Source: Octopus sinensis (taxonomy: Eukaryota). From it: a DNA stretch of 64,000 bases. Location: positions 108,252,001 through 108,316,000 of the forward strand of contig NC_042997.1 of NCBI RefSeq assembly GCF_006345805.1, given 5' to 3'. Of this stretch, positions 63,362 to 64,000 are shown piece by piece (the stretch's first letter is position 1; each line of letters begins with the position of its first letter). The notes beneath the pieces were generated by a model that saw only the letters and a list, made by a program, of their open reading frames with translations, was not told the origin of the DNA and ran no database searches. The position numbers were made by a program, and so were the translations under genes.

Positions 63362-64000
63362 TCATCATCATCATCGTTTAATGTCCGTTTTCCACGCTAG
63401 CATGGGTTGGACGGTTTGACTAGGGTCTGGGAACCCAGGAGGCTGCACCAGGCCCCAATCTGATCTGGCAGTGTTTCTACAGCTGGATGCCCTTCCTAAC
63501 GCCAACCACTCCGTGAGTGTAGTGGGTGGTTTTTACGTGCCACCAGCACAGGGGCCAGAGGAGCTGGCATCGACCACGATCAGATGGTGCTTTTTACGTG
63601 CCACCAGCACAGGGGCCAGAGGAGCTGGTATCGACCACGATCAGATAGTGCTTTTTACGTGCCACTGGCACAGAAGCCAGTCGAGGTAGCACTGACAATG
63701 GCCACATTCGGATGGTGCTTTTTACGTGCCACCGGCATGGGGGCCACAACTGCAATTTCCATTTGATTGTAATTTAATTTGATTTTGATGTAATTGACTC
63801 AATAGGTCCTCAAGCACAGCATGTCGCCCTACGATCCAAGGTACTTTTGAGTGGGCTGGTTATGTCACACTGGTATAGGTTACAGCTGTGAACTCACTTT
63901 ATTTGCTGGGTTTTCTCATTCACAGCATATCTCCAGAGGTCTCAGTCTTTTGTCATTGTCTCTGTGAGGCTCAACATTCAAAGGTCATGCTTCACCACCT
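63362..64000 (-). mobile_element. RTE LINE 3' end, running off the window
   Basis: (GAT)n tail, UTR repeats, and ORF2 end (catgcttcaccacct). Confidence 0.88.

Overview
AT-rich eukaryotic DNA, intronic or intergenic, packed with microsatellites and transposon debris. The repeat families look like those of Octopus (inferred from the repeats, not proven). I could not identify any host protein-coding gene; most ORF-track entries are microsatellite, minisatellite or LINE-UTR artefacts. Real coding remnants are: RTE-clade LINEs (APE + RT, about 20 copies, mostly the 3'UTR ending in (GAT)n), R4/Dong-like restriction-like-endonuclease LINE fragments, and one decayed mariner transposase. There are also several tRNA-derived SINE families, MITE/foldback elements and two 20-bp minisatellites. 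Main discovery: at least six unrelated short repeat families each carry a minimal type I hammerhead ribozyme with a palindromic stem III, the dimer-type design known from Penelope-like elements and retrozymes. Most sit in (TA)n tracts, and many form inverted pairs with both 3' ends pointing outward. All folds were done by eye. Ribozyme and array coordinates were counted base by base; TE boundaries are approximate (+/-20 bp).
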